In this document: one piece after another, positions 30,205 to 38,295 of the stretch
How the letters are laid out: each line of letters opens with the position of its first letter
Position numbering within the stretch: position 1 is the stretch's first letter
Virus record (IMG/VR): IMGVR_UViG_3300032138_000008
Location: 1-64,000 of that record
Reading direction: 5' to 3' (one strand)
DNA: 64,000 nucleotides
Source of the DNA: a virus
Taxonomy: Duplodnaviria > Caudoviricetes
Made by a program: the position numbers and the translations under genes
Notes under the pieces: model-generated
Seen by the model: only the letters and a program-made list of their open reading frames with translations
The model's database searches: none
What the model was told of the DNA's origin: nothing

Positions 30205-30730
30205 AGTTGGTGACGGCACTCCCGAAGGCGCAACCGTTCGCCTGGAGCTTGATGTTCGCAAGAGCATGAACGGTGACTTGATGATTTTTGATCACGGAGA
30301 CATCGACATCGTGCTCTCCACCAAAAACAACAAAATTACAGCGTTTCCTAAAGAGACGATGAACGATATGGTTTACGGTGCTCAAAACCGCCTGTTTGCA
30401 ATGCTGCGCAAGAAGGGTATAGTAATGGCTGACTCAATCCAAGGAGGCGCCTTTTACGGAGCCTTTGAGGCATTGATGGAAGAAGCCTCGGCCGAGAATC
30501 TTAGCACCGCTAAAATGGCGCTCATCAACATCTCCAACTTTATTGATGAAGAACGCCCATACTTTGAGTCCACAGAGTCCATTATTTCAATGACCGACGA
30601 TGAACTAATTCATCCGGACAAAGCAGACTCCACAGAGCTTGGTGAGGTTCCACAAGAAGTCGAACAAGGCTCAATTCGACCGGGTTATATCAGGGACCCC
30701 TATTCGCTTAATTACCTGTACACGATTTAA
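30188..30730 (+). CDS. Hypothetical protein
   Basis: ATG 30188 (MSVTIKVG) overlapping the upstream gene. Confidence 0.6.
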   Translation: MSVTIKVGDGTPEGATVRLELDVRKSMNGDLMIFDHGDIDIVLSTKNNKITAFPKETMNDMVYGAQNRLFAMLRKKGIVMADSIQGGAFYGAFEALMEEASAENLSTAKMALINISNFIDEERPYFESTESIISMTDDELIHPDKADSTELGEVPQEVEQGSIRPGYIRDPYSLNYLYTI

Positions 30731-30731
30731 A

Positions 30732-30935
30732 ATGAAGCTCTTAATGGAAAGGTGGCGGATCGCCCTAGATGAAGAAGAACAAGAAGGCGCCGCCAAAGCC
30801 AAAATCTTGGAAGACGCGGGTACTGAAGCACAAGCGCTTATAACCAAAGTAACTAGCGCAGCCAGAGGGGATGCAGCATTAGCTCGCGAGGCTATTGAGT
30901 CCATTATTGTAGCGTTGCAAAATACTCTTAAATAA
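30732..30935 (+). CDS. 67-aa protein with class II leader (MKLLMERWRIALDE)
   Basis: First 20 nt identical to the start of the gene at 19962. Confidence 0.65.
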   Translation: MKLLMERWRIALDEEEQEGAAKAKILEDAGTEAQALITKVTSAARGDAALAREAIESIIVALQNTLK

Positions 30936-30945
30936 AGGAGCGAGA

Positions 30946-31251
30946 GTGGATTTATTATACTTTATATTAGCAGCCTATGGGCTGACTCAAATTTTGGTTT
31001 ATGGGAAAGTTTTCGATGCCATTCGCCCAACTAGAGGCTGGCTCGGCGAACTATTCAAATGTCCCATGTGCGTTGGTTTTCACGTAGGGTGGATTTTAAT
31101 GTTACTTTCTCCCTACACAGAACTATTTAATTTTGATGTGACGGCTGTAAATTATTTAATTTTAGGATGCCTCTCATCGGGAACATCGTATGTTCTAAAC
31201 ATGGTCATTGGAGACGAAGGAATTAAACATGAACACAAACGCGTGGAATAG
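30946..31251 (+). CDS. DUF1360-like membrane protein
   Basis: Hydrophobic segments with ELFKCPMCVGFHVGW; AAGGAG upstream of GTG. Confidence 0.55.
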   Translation: MDLLYFILAAYGLTQILVYGKVFDAIRPTRGWLGELFKCPMCVGFHVGWILMLLSPYTELFNFDVTAVNYLILGCLSSGTSYVLNMVIGDEGIKHEHKRVE

Positions 31252-31297
31252 CAAGTGGATGTTGCAGCCAGTAAGACGCTGCTGCAAGGGATCTTAA
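31229..31297 (+). CDS. Possible 22-aa peptide MNTNAWNSKWMLQPVRRCCKGS
   Basis: AAGGA upstream; stop 2 nt before protease ATG. Confidence 0.35.
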   Translation: MNTNAWNSKWMLQPVRRCCKGS

Positions 31298-31299
31298 GT

Positions 31300-31908
31300 A
31301 TGTCCAAAGTACTTTTACGAGAATATTACGCGCTCTGCGAGGGCGGCGTCTGTCAAGATCTGTTAACCGAAGATGAAAAGCGGTTTGTAGCGGATGGCGG
31401 CATGATACTATCGGGCAAACTTCAAGAAGCCGATATTCAAAACGGCAACGGCCGCATTTATCCTTACCGGGTATTGATGCGCGAGGTTAAGACTTACCAA
31501 AAGCTCGTTAAAGAGAATCGCGCCCTCGGCGAACTCGACCACCCAGACGATTCAGTCATTAACCTTAAGAACGCTTCTCATATGGTAACTGATGTTTGGA
31601 TGGAGGACAAGAATGTGATGGGCAAAGTTAAAGTGCTTGATACGCCCTCCGGCAATATCCTCCGCGGACTCGTCAACAGTGGAGCCCAACTGGGTATTTC
31701 CTCTCGTGGCATGGGTTCCGTGAGCGAGAACATGGGTAAGACAATGGTTGAAGATGACTTTCAGCTTATTTGCTTTGATTTTGTTTCAGAGCCTTCAACC
31801 CCCAACGCATTTATGATGAAAGAAGCAAAGGATTTGAGTCGTCCCAATGTGTTCACCAAAGCAGATCGGATTAACCGATTGTTAAACGAGGTACTTGAAA
31901 ATGAGTAA
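31300..31908 (+). CDS. gp21: Prohead core protease (T4 gp21-like)
   Basis: NGNGRIYP, ALGELDHP, GISSRGMGSV, FDFVSEPSTPNA; start at MSKVLLRE. Confidence 0.92.
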   Translation: MSKVLLREYYALCEGGVCQDLLTEDEKRFVADGGMILSGKLQEADIQNGNGRIYPYRVLMREVKTYQKLVKENRALGELDHPDDSVINLKNASHMVTDVWMEDKNVMGKVKVLDTPSGNILRGLVNSGAQLGISSRGMGSVSENMGKTMVEDDFQLICFDFVSEPSTPNAFMMKEAKDLSRPNVFTKADRINRLLNEVLENE

Positions 31909-32680
31909 GAAATGGTCGAGTTATGAAAAAGACGGCAAGATTATGGAGTCTTGGAGAAACTATGTGGAGGGACCTCCTACCTATAGATTCTTGCAAGAAG
32001 GTCCCGACTACATCCTTACGGAGCAAGATCTCCAGGAACTGTTTGGCAAGGCCAATTGGGAAAAACTAGTTGATCGGTTTGCTATTGAAGACGACGGCGC
32101 CGCCGATTTAGCCCAGCGTTTAGGTTTGAAGTCGGCTGAAGTTACGGATGCCGAAGGTCAGGCGTTAGACGTGGCCCAAATTGAAGCTAAAATCAAACAG
32201 GTTATGGATGTTGCACGTAAGAGCAATGATCCCGAACTGGCCGATGCTGCGCAAGATTTGGCGCAAAACGCACAACAAGTCGCTCAAGGCGCCTCCGCTG
32301 AAGAAGCTACAGCAGATGATGATGAGGGCGAAGCTGAAGCTGCTCCTGGTGAGGAACCCGAAGATGAGTCCTTATCATTAAAACAGCTTGAACAGGGTGA
32401 CGTGAAGATGGCCTTAAGTGTGCTCAACAACACAGCGGGACTTAATGCTAAAAAGCTCGCTCAAACTATTGATGATGGTTTTGAAAAAGCTCTTCAAGGG
32501 AACCCCTACGCCGGCCAGATGCGCGATGAGCAATTGCCGATGATTAACTTGGTGCGAGACGAGATTGTTAAAATTCTTTCCGGAGATTTTAGTAATCTAG
32601 TTCGAGAATCACAAGGTTCACATTATAAAGTACATCCGGCCACTTATCTTTTTTTCCAAACAATAATTTCAAACAGGTGA
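31901..32680 (+). CDS. Acidic Ala-rich protein, candidate prohead core/internal protein
   Basis: KIMESWRNYVE resembles class II leader; several (L/I)xE sites; follows the protease. Confidence 0.55.
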   Translation: MSKKWSSYEKDGKIMESWRNYVEGPPTYRFLQEGPDYILTEQDLQELFGKANWEKLVDRFAIEDDGAADLAQRLGLKSAEVTDAEGQALDVAQIEAKIKQVMDVARKSNDPELADAAQDLAQNAQQVAQGASAEEATADDDEGEAEAAPGEEPEDESLSLKQLEQGDVKMALSVLNNTAGLNAKKLAQTIDDGFEKALQGNPYAGQMRDEQLPMINLVRDEIVKILSGDFSNLVRESQGSHYKVHPATYLFFQTIISNR

Positions 32681-32683
32681 TAC

Positions 32684-33088
32684 ATGAAAAAAGCAGAATT
32701 AAAACAACTTATCAAGCCGCTTGTTAAAGAATGCATTCACGAAGTCCTTTTAGAAGAAGGGCTTTTGAGCAATGTAGTAGCTGAAGTCGCAAAAGGATTA
32801 CAACAGAATGTGATCGTTGAATCGGCACCTGCTCCGCGCAAAAAGCGCGCCCCAAAACCACAGCGGCCGGCCGAGAGCACACAAAAGATCAATAAATATC
32901 GTCAAAGTTTAATGGATTCGATTGGCAAAGACGCTTATAATGGCGTAGACCTTTTTGAAGGCACTGATCCCATGAGCACTCAACAGCCAGCACAAGGACA
33001 CCCCGATCTCGGCAATCCCCGAGATGCCGGCGTAGACATCGATTCCCTTATGAGCAAATCAACCGCCATTTGGCAGGCATTAAAGTAG
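32684..33088 (+). CDS. Head-region protein with class I-like leader (MKKAELKQLIKPLVKECIHEVLLEE)
   Basis: Leader motif; position between protease and bS21. Confidence 0.6.
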   Translation: MKKAELKQLIKPLVKECIHEVLLEEGLLSNVVAEVAKGLQQNVIVESAPAPRKKRAPKPQRPAESTQKINKYRQSLMDSIGKDAYNGVDLFEGTDPMSTQQPAQGHPDLGNPRDAGVDIDSLMSKSTAIWQALK

Positions 33089-33093
33089 GAACA

Positions 33094-33339
33094 ATGGCTA
33101 GAGCAGCACACGTAAAGGTTACATCTAAAGAAACGCACGGACAGGTAGATCGCATGATTCGTCGATTTATCAAAAAAGTGAAGAAAGAGAGAATTCTCGA
33201 AGACTTTAAAGATCGCCGTCATTACAAAAAACCATCTGTGGCGAAAAAGGAAAAACGCATTCGCGCCGAACGGCAACGATTGCGAGATGAGAAAAAAAGA
33301 AAGCGCGCTGAAGAAAGAAGGCGCAATAGAAAAATTTAG
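33094..33339 (+). CDS. rpsU: 30S ribosomal protein bS21 homolog
   Basis: DRMIRRFIKKVKKERILEDFKDRRHYKKPSVAKKEKRIRAERQR matches the bS21 pattern; 81 aa, highly basic; AGGA upstream. Confidence 0.85.
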   Translation: MARAAHVKVTSKETHGQVDRMIRRFIKKVKKERILEDFKDRRHYKKPSVAKKEKRIRAERQRLRDEKKRKRAEERRRNRKI

Positions 33340-33341
33340 GT

Positions 33342-33350
33342 ACTATTTAT
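33342..33350 (+). promoter_or_regulatory. ACTATTTAT motif, candidate late promoter
   Basis: Intergenic, 39 nt before the ATG at 33381. Confidence 0.6.
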
Positions 33351-33380
33351 AATGAATATGAAGAAATTAGGAGTTTTATA

Positions 33381-33797
33381 ATGGCAAGTCATATTGGATG
33401 GTCTCCCCCCGGACTAGCAAATGTGGGTTCCTATCAGGTTTCGGGACAACCTTATATTAGCGGATCTACCACACATGCCGCATTACACGAAGAGCAATAT
33501 CAATTTCCTTACGTGACAAAAAACGTCACAGTTATTAATCATGCGAGTGAAACGATTAGAATTCATTTTAATTCGACAGGCTCGGGCCCAGTGATTAGCG
33601 GAATGCACTATGTCGAACTCGACAGTGATGAAGATTCTTATACTTTCAATGCAAAGTGTAGTCAAATCTTTATTAGTGCCCCCGGCACGAATAGTGGAAA
33701 TGCATCTTATTGTGTGATTGCTGAACTTACAGGGATTGATCGCAAGAGTATGTATGCGCTAACTGGTTCAGGGTTGACTGAACACCTAACAACGTAA
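33381..33797 (+). CDS. Putative virion structural protein (138 aa)
   Basis: AGGAG upstream; beta-rich; leads the fibre cluster. Confidence 0.6.
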   Translation: MASHIGWSPPGLANVGSYQVSGQPYISGSTTHAALHEEQYQFPYVTKNVTVINHASETIRIHFNSTGSGPVISGMHYVELDSDEDSYTFNAKCSQIFISAPGTNSGNASYCVIAELTGIDRKSMYALTGSGLTEHLTT

Positions 33798-33809
33798 GAG
33801 GAGCTTAAA

Positions 33810-36722
33810 ATGGGTTTTGGTTCAGGCGAAGGTTTTACCCCAGGAAGACATAATTTAGTTGGAGATTTTACTGTTGAAGGCAATATGTCTGCATCGGCAG
33901 CGATCTCTGGCGGCTTTTTCTTTGGAGATGGTTCATTCCTCCAAAACGTTACCGGATCTGGTGGCGGTGGTGGCGGAATTAGCTTTAATGGCTCTACTGC
34001 TAATGGAATTCTAACTTACGGCAATGCATCGACCGCAGATGTTGAGTCAAATATTACTTTCAATGGCACGCTCTTGGGCGTCGGCGGGGCTAGCCCTGCA
34101 AGCATCAGTGCATCTTCAGGTCTTACCGCAAGCTCTCTCCAAGTCAGTGATGGCTCTCGCCACTATGGCATGACCAATGAAGGCAACTTGGGGGTTGCTA
34201 CAGTCACAGGCTCTGGCCTTACGAGTAACATCGAAATTCCATATATCACTGCATCGATGGGTGTCTTGATTAAACGCAATGCCGACAGTGCTGATAGAGC
34301 CCCCTTGGTGGCTATCTCGGGTGCATCTGGCACCGATGGAGTCGGTGGGGGAGTTCAATCAGCTTTATGGATATCTGGCTCCGGCAACAACAGCAAGCGC
34401 ACCGTTGTTAAGATCCTCTCCGATGGGTTTTATCCCCTTAAGCTCCAGGCCGATAATAAGCATTGCGCTTTCATGATGCAAGCGGGCCAAGGCCTCGATG
34501 CCGGCGGGGATAGAGTCCCCCTCACAGAAAGAAACCTAATAACCAAATATCTCCCCCCGGTTGCTCTCCAATCTGACAACAGTCGAGTTTGGTCATTTGG
34601 TGTAGATTGCGAAGAAGCCGACTATCGGCGTTTTAGAATCGTGAACAGCGAGGCGCTAGGAATGACTTCTTCCAGCGGTTTGGGACTTAGCGCGACCGGC
34701 TCCGTTGAAGCAGGAGGCCGCTACGGTGAAGTTTTTTGGGGACTCAACATTGATAATCCTGCACACACTCTCGATATTAATGGTGGTCTGTGCGTAACCG
34801 GAAGTACAATTCTCGGTACTGACGCCACTAGCTCTGTGAGCGTGATTGGTACAATCACCGGCTCGGGAGTCGTTAGCAACATCGAGATGCCTTATATCAC
34901 GGCATCGATGGGTGCCTTGTTTAAGCGCAACGCTGACAATGCCGATAGAAGCCCGCTCGTGGCCATTTCAGGCGCATCTGGTGCCGATGGAGTCGGCTCG
35001 AATAATCAAGCATCCTTGTGGGTGTCTGGATCGGGTGTCAATAGTCAGCGCGGCGTAGTACATATTGACAGTCACGGACCCTATACTATCACATTGCGTA
35101 CGCGCAATGATAACACTAATATTATGTATCGAGCCGGCCAGGGCTTGGATTCGAATGGCGACCGCCAGCCCAAATCTGAAATGAATATTGCCTTTAAAAT
35201 GGGTCCCCCACCGGATCTGGGAACCGGTACCGGCGGACAATCGCGCGTGTGGGCCCTGGGGGTTGATTGCCAGACAGCTGATTATCGGCGCTTCCGCATC
35301 ACAAATAGAACCGGAGTGGCTGTCACTGCCTCCGCTAATTATGGACTTTGTGCAACGGGCTCGTGTGTCCCCGGCGCACGCTATAACGAAACGTGGTTCG
35401 GGTTCAATAATGACAATCCCACAAACACTATCGATATTAACGGTACTCTATGCGTCACAGGAAGCACAATCCTAGGAGCCAGTCCCGACGCCCCATACTT
35501 GAGCGCAACCAGTTCGGTGATTTGCGGCGGCAGCTTAAGCGCTTCTATAGGACTTACCGCAAGCTCTCTTCAAATCAGCGATGGTTCCCGCCACTATGGT
35601 ATGACCAACGAAGGTAAGTTGGGGATTGCTTCATTCGCAGCCAATTGGACAAACGCCGGCAATACAGTCGCCGACCTTGGAACTGTTACGACTGCTACTT
35701 CAATAACCGCCACTGATTTAATCGGCACCAACGTCGATGGGATCATCGGCGCCGACACTGCCCGTGCTGGTACTTTCGCAGCGATTGTTGGCACGTCATT
35801 AAACGTTTCTGAGGGTAACATCACAAATGTTGGAGACATTAACTGCGATAGCATTAGCGTCGACGACGCAGCGGTTGGGCTTGATATTCAAATGGGTGGA
35901 AACACGAGTCTTAACAAGATTTCACTAACCGATGATCTTGCCGATGCTCTTAATATCACCGAAGGCAGCAACTCATATCTGAAGTTTACTACCAGTAATG
36001 GCAGTGAAGAAATAGTAGTGGCAAAAAATATGGATTGCGAGGGCGACCTTGATGTAGATGGTAATGTGACTCTCGGAGATAGCGATGGAGACACTGTGAC
36101 CCTTAAGGGTGTTCCGTCAATTGTAGGCGTCAGTGATACTTCTCCGGCCGATCTCTATTTCAAAGCCGATCAATCTGGAGGAGATGAAGATATTGATAAT
36201 TGGCTTGTCCGCGCATCAGATGGAGGCACACTTAGTATCAATAACAAGGCTAGCACAAGTTATGTAGCCCAAATGACTCTCTATCCACATGCGACTCAAG
36301 CTAGCTCGCTAACAAAGGTCGAAGGACAACTCTTAGCCGGCGCCGCGCTTCTTGTGGGGCAACCAAGCGCACCCACCAGTACAGGTACCACGCAGAGTAA
36401 TAACTTAACAATTGCGAATTTGCTCACGCGAATTGTTTACAATAGTAATGGGGCCGGCGGTGCAATCACATACACCTTACCCACAGCGGCAGCTATTGTT
36501 GCTGGGCTTACATCGGCTATTGGCAATGCGGTAGCCGGAATAACTTTTGATTTTAGTGTCATAAATGTAGATGCGTCCCAAGACATTACCGTCGCCACCA
36601 ACACTGGTTTAACACTGGTTGGGGGAATGGTTGTCGAAGTCGGTGAATCCGCCACATTCCGCGTTTATATCACGAACCACGTTGGCAGCAGCGAAGCAGC
36701 TAGCATATTTAGGTTGGCATAA
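33810..36722 (+). CDS. Long fibre/spike protein with internal duplications (970 aa)
   Basis: Gly/Ser-rich; B-A-A-B internal repeats; C-terminal TYTLPTAA module shared with downstream paralogs. Confidence 0.65.
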   Translation: MGFGSGEGFTPGRHNLVGDFTVEGNMSASAAISGGFFFGDGSFLQNVTGSGGGGGGISFNGSTANGILTYGNASTADVESNITFNGTLLGVGGASPASISASSGLTASSLQVSDGSRHYGMTNEGNLGVATVTGSGLTSNIEIPYITASMGVLIKRNADSADRAPLVAISGASGTDGVGGGVQSALWISGSGNNSKRTVVKILSDGFYPLKLQADNKHCAFMMQAGQGLDAGGDRVPLTERNLITKYLPPVALQSDNSRVWSFGVDCEEADYRRFRIVNSEALGMTSSSGLGLSATGSVEAGGRYGEVFWGLNIDNPAHTLDINGGLCVTGSTILGTDATSSVSVIGTITGSGVVSNIEMPYITASMGALFKRNADNADRSPLVAISGASGADGVGSNNQASLWVSGSGVNSQRGVVHIDSHGPYTITLRTRNDNTNIMYRAGQGLDSNGDRQPKSEMNIAFKMGPPPDLGTGTGGQSRVWALGVDCQTADYRRFRITNRTGVAVTASANYGLCATGSCVPGARYNETWFGFNNDNPTNTIDINGTLCVTGSTILGASPDAPYLSATSSVICGGSLSASIGLTASSLQISDGSRHYGMTNEGKLGIASFAANWTNAGNTVADLGTVTTATSITATDLIGTNVDGIIGADTARAGTFAAIVGTSLNVSEGNITNVGDINCDSISVDDAAVGLDIQMGGNTSLNKISLTDDLADALNITEGSNSYLKFTTSNGSEEIVVAKNMDCEGDLDVDGNVTLGDSDGDTVTLKGVPSIVGVSDTSPADLYFKADQSGGDEDIDNWLVRASDGGTLSINNKASTSYVAQMTLYPHATQASSLTKVEGQLLAGAALLVGQPSAPTSTGTTQSNNLTIANLLTRIVYNSNGAGGAITYTLPTAAAIVAGLTSAIGNAVAGITFDFSVINVDASQDITVATNTGLTLVGGMVVEVGESATFRVYITNHVGSSEAASIFRLA
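34105..35630 (+). repeat. Nested intragenic duplication: about 650-nt tandem pair flanked by about 100-nt direct repeats
   Basis: cttaccgcaagctctct identical at 34122 and 35553 (1431 nt apart, in frame); NIExPYITASMG...CVTGSTILG occurs twice, about 651-660 nt apart. Confidence 0.85.
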
Positions 36723-37432
36723 TGGGTAATTTTGGATGGGCGTATATAAACTGTTCAGATACCGGGTCGGCCACTGGCAATGCCAACGGACCATCCGGCT
36801 CTGTGCAATACATGACAGGCGCAGGAGACACGTTCTCCTCGGGCTCGGCTAATTTTACATACCAGTCGGCTCACAATCTATTGCAGCTAACAGGAACGCT
36901 TTCGGTTACAGGCACGATTAGCGCCAGTCACATGCACATTGAAGATGTGACGGTGATTGATGCAACCGGATCAACTAAGTTTGGTAACAGTAACGATGAC
37001 ACCCATATTCGAACAGGCAGCCTATCTGTATGGAAAGCTGACGGCGCCGGATATGTGTTAAGCGCCTCGGTAGCCGAAACACGCGTTTATATTACAGGCT
37101 CGGGCGGCCTTACTGTATCTGGCGCATTCCAAGGTAACTATCGGAATGTGCTCGTCGACAAGGTCACAGCGTCGGCTGGAGACTACATTGTAGGAATCAA
37201 TGTGGGAGACTTGCGCACCGATTTCAGGCTCCCCAGCGCCGCCACAGTTGGCCGCGGCGGCATTGTAATCGTAAAGGATGAATATCCCGGGTCGCGCTCC
37301 ACAGGATCGGCAATTCACATTTCAGGCTCTGGTGCTGATACAATTGATAATGCAACCTACTATTTACTAACAGGCTCAATGCCTGCTATTCATCTGTATT
37401 CAAATGGTGCTACTGAGTGGTATGTATTCTAA
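36722..37432 (+). CDS. Fibre/spike protein (236 aa)
   Basis: C-terminal FRLPSAA...IVIVKDE...DTIDN...WYVF module; TAATG coupling. Confidence 0.6.
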   Translation: MGNFGWAYINCSDTGSATGNANGPSGSVQYMTGAGDTFSSGSANFTYQSAHNLLQLTGTLSVTGTISASHMHIEDVTVIDATGSTKFGNSNDDTHIRTGSLSVWKADGAGYVLSASVAETRVYITGSGGLTVSGAFQGNYRNVLVDKVTASAGDYIVGINVGDLRTDFRLPSAATVGRGGIVIVKDEYPGSRSTGSAIHISGSGADTIDNATYYLLTGSMPAIHLYSNGATEWYVF

Positions 37433-37450
37433 TGGAGGCTCTGGTGCTTT

Positions 37451-38086
37451 ATGGCATACAACACTTTATCTGGCACTGTAATAGCCGCCCAAGAGTATCT
37501 TCCCGGTGACTTAATAGTTGGCAACATACTCTCAGGAAATCTGAGCACATCAGACGGCAGTGCAATTATTAATGTGCCGCGCCTCTCTAACGCCACCAAT
37601 AACGCCATCCTTACCAATGTAGGTGGTGATGCTAATGACATCACATGTGAAAGCAATCTCACATTTGATGGCGATGTGCTCAACGTTACCGGCGATCTTA
37701 CGGCGAGTATTGGTGTCAAGGCCACTTTCTTCGAAGGTGATGGAAGTCGCTTAACTGGCATTACGGCGGGCACAGGATCAGGGGATCGAGTAACCGCAAC
37801 TGCCGCAGTACAGGGTACTACTCTGACAGCCGGCTTTAACTATTTCACAGGGGCATTGGGGTCGGCAGTGACGACAATGACTGTCTCCCTGCCTGAAACA
37901 CCTACTCCCACATTAGGTGATCTTGTGCACATCAAAGGTCCCAGCAATTGCAGCCCTGTACGCATTGTGACTATCACCACTTCGGGTAGTCACACAATTG
38001 ACGGTGTTGATTCTATTACACTGAACTCACCCTACAGTGCGGTCTCTTGTGTATACGCATCTTCCGGATCTTGGTTTATTTATTGA
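37451..38086 (+). CDS. Fibre/spike protein (211 aa)
   Basis: C-terminal NYFTG...VSLP...GDLVHIKGPSNC...HTIDG...WFIY module; GGAGG upstream. Confidence 0.6.
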   Translation: MAYNTLSGTVIAAQEYLPGDLIVGNILSGNLSTSDGSAIINVPRLSNATNNAILTNVGGDANDITCESNLTFDGDVLNVTGDLTASIGVKATFFEGDGSRLTGITAGTGSGDRVTATAAVQGTTLTAGFNYFTGALGSAVTTMTVSLPETPTPTLGDLVHIKGPSNCSPVRIVTITTSGSHTIDGVDSITLNSPYSAVSCVYASSGSWFIY

Positions 38087-38191
38087 GAGTCCGAAAATGC
38101 AAAAGTTGAGTAGACATGCTTCTAAAGGCACCATATTTGTGATTGGCGCCCCGAGCGGCATATAATTTATTCAATTTAAGCGACCCTAAAC

Positions 38192-38199
38192 ACTAATTA
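38192..38199 (+). promoter_or_regulatory. ACTAATTA, variant of the candidate late promoter
   Basis: One mismatch to ACTATTTA; intergenic, directly before the structured leader. Confidence 0.45.
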
Positions 38200-38202
38200 A
38201 TA

Positions 38203-38261
38203 GCGAGCCTCATCTTCATAGATGTGGCTTGAGTGGGTGAGATCTATCTTTACCTACTCGC
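38203..38261 (+). promoter_or_regulatory. Structured 5' leader with two adjacent hairpins and an alternative closing helix
   Basis: GAGCC-U-CAUC/GAUG-U-GGCUU (38205-38230); GAGUGGGUGA/UUACCUACUC (38231-38259); GCGAG(38203-38207)/CUCGC(38257-38261). Confidence 0.5.
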
Positions 38262-38295
38262 CTAAAAAAAACTATAATATGGAGGGTTTTATAAT

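Noticed and set aside
34200-35480. Fibre repeats as template/variable repeats of a diversity-generating retroelement
   Set aside because: Both copies are coding within one ORF, differences are not adenine-specific, and no reverse transcriptase is present
38087-38295. tRNA or self-cleaving ribozyme in the longest intergenic gap
   Set aside because: No cloverleaf or TTCRA arm; no CUGANGA/GAAA hammerhead core
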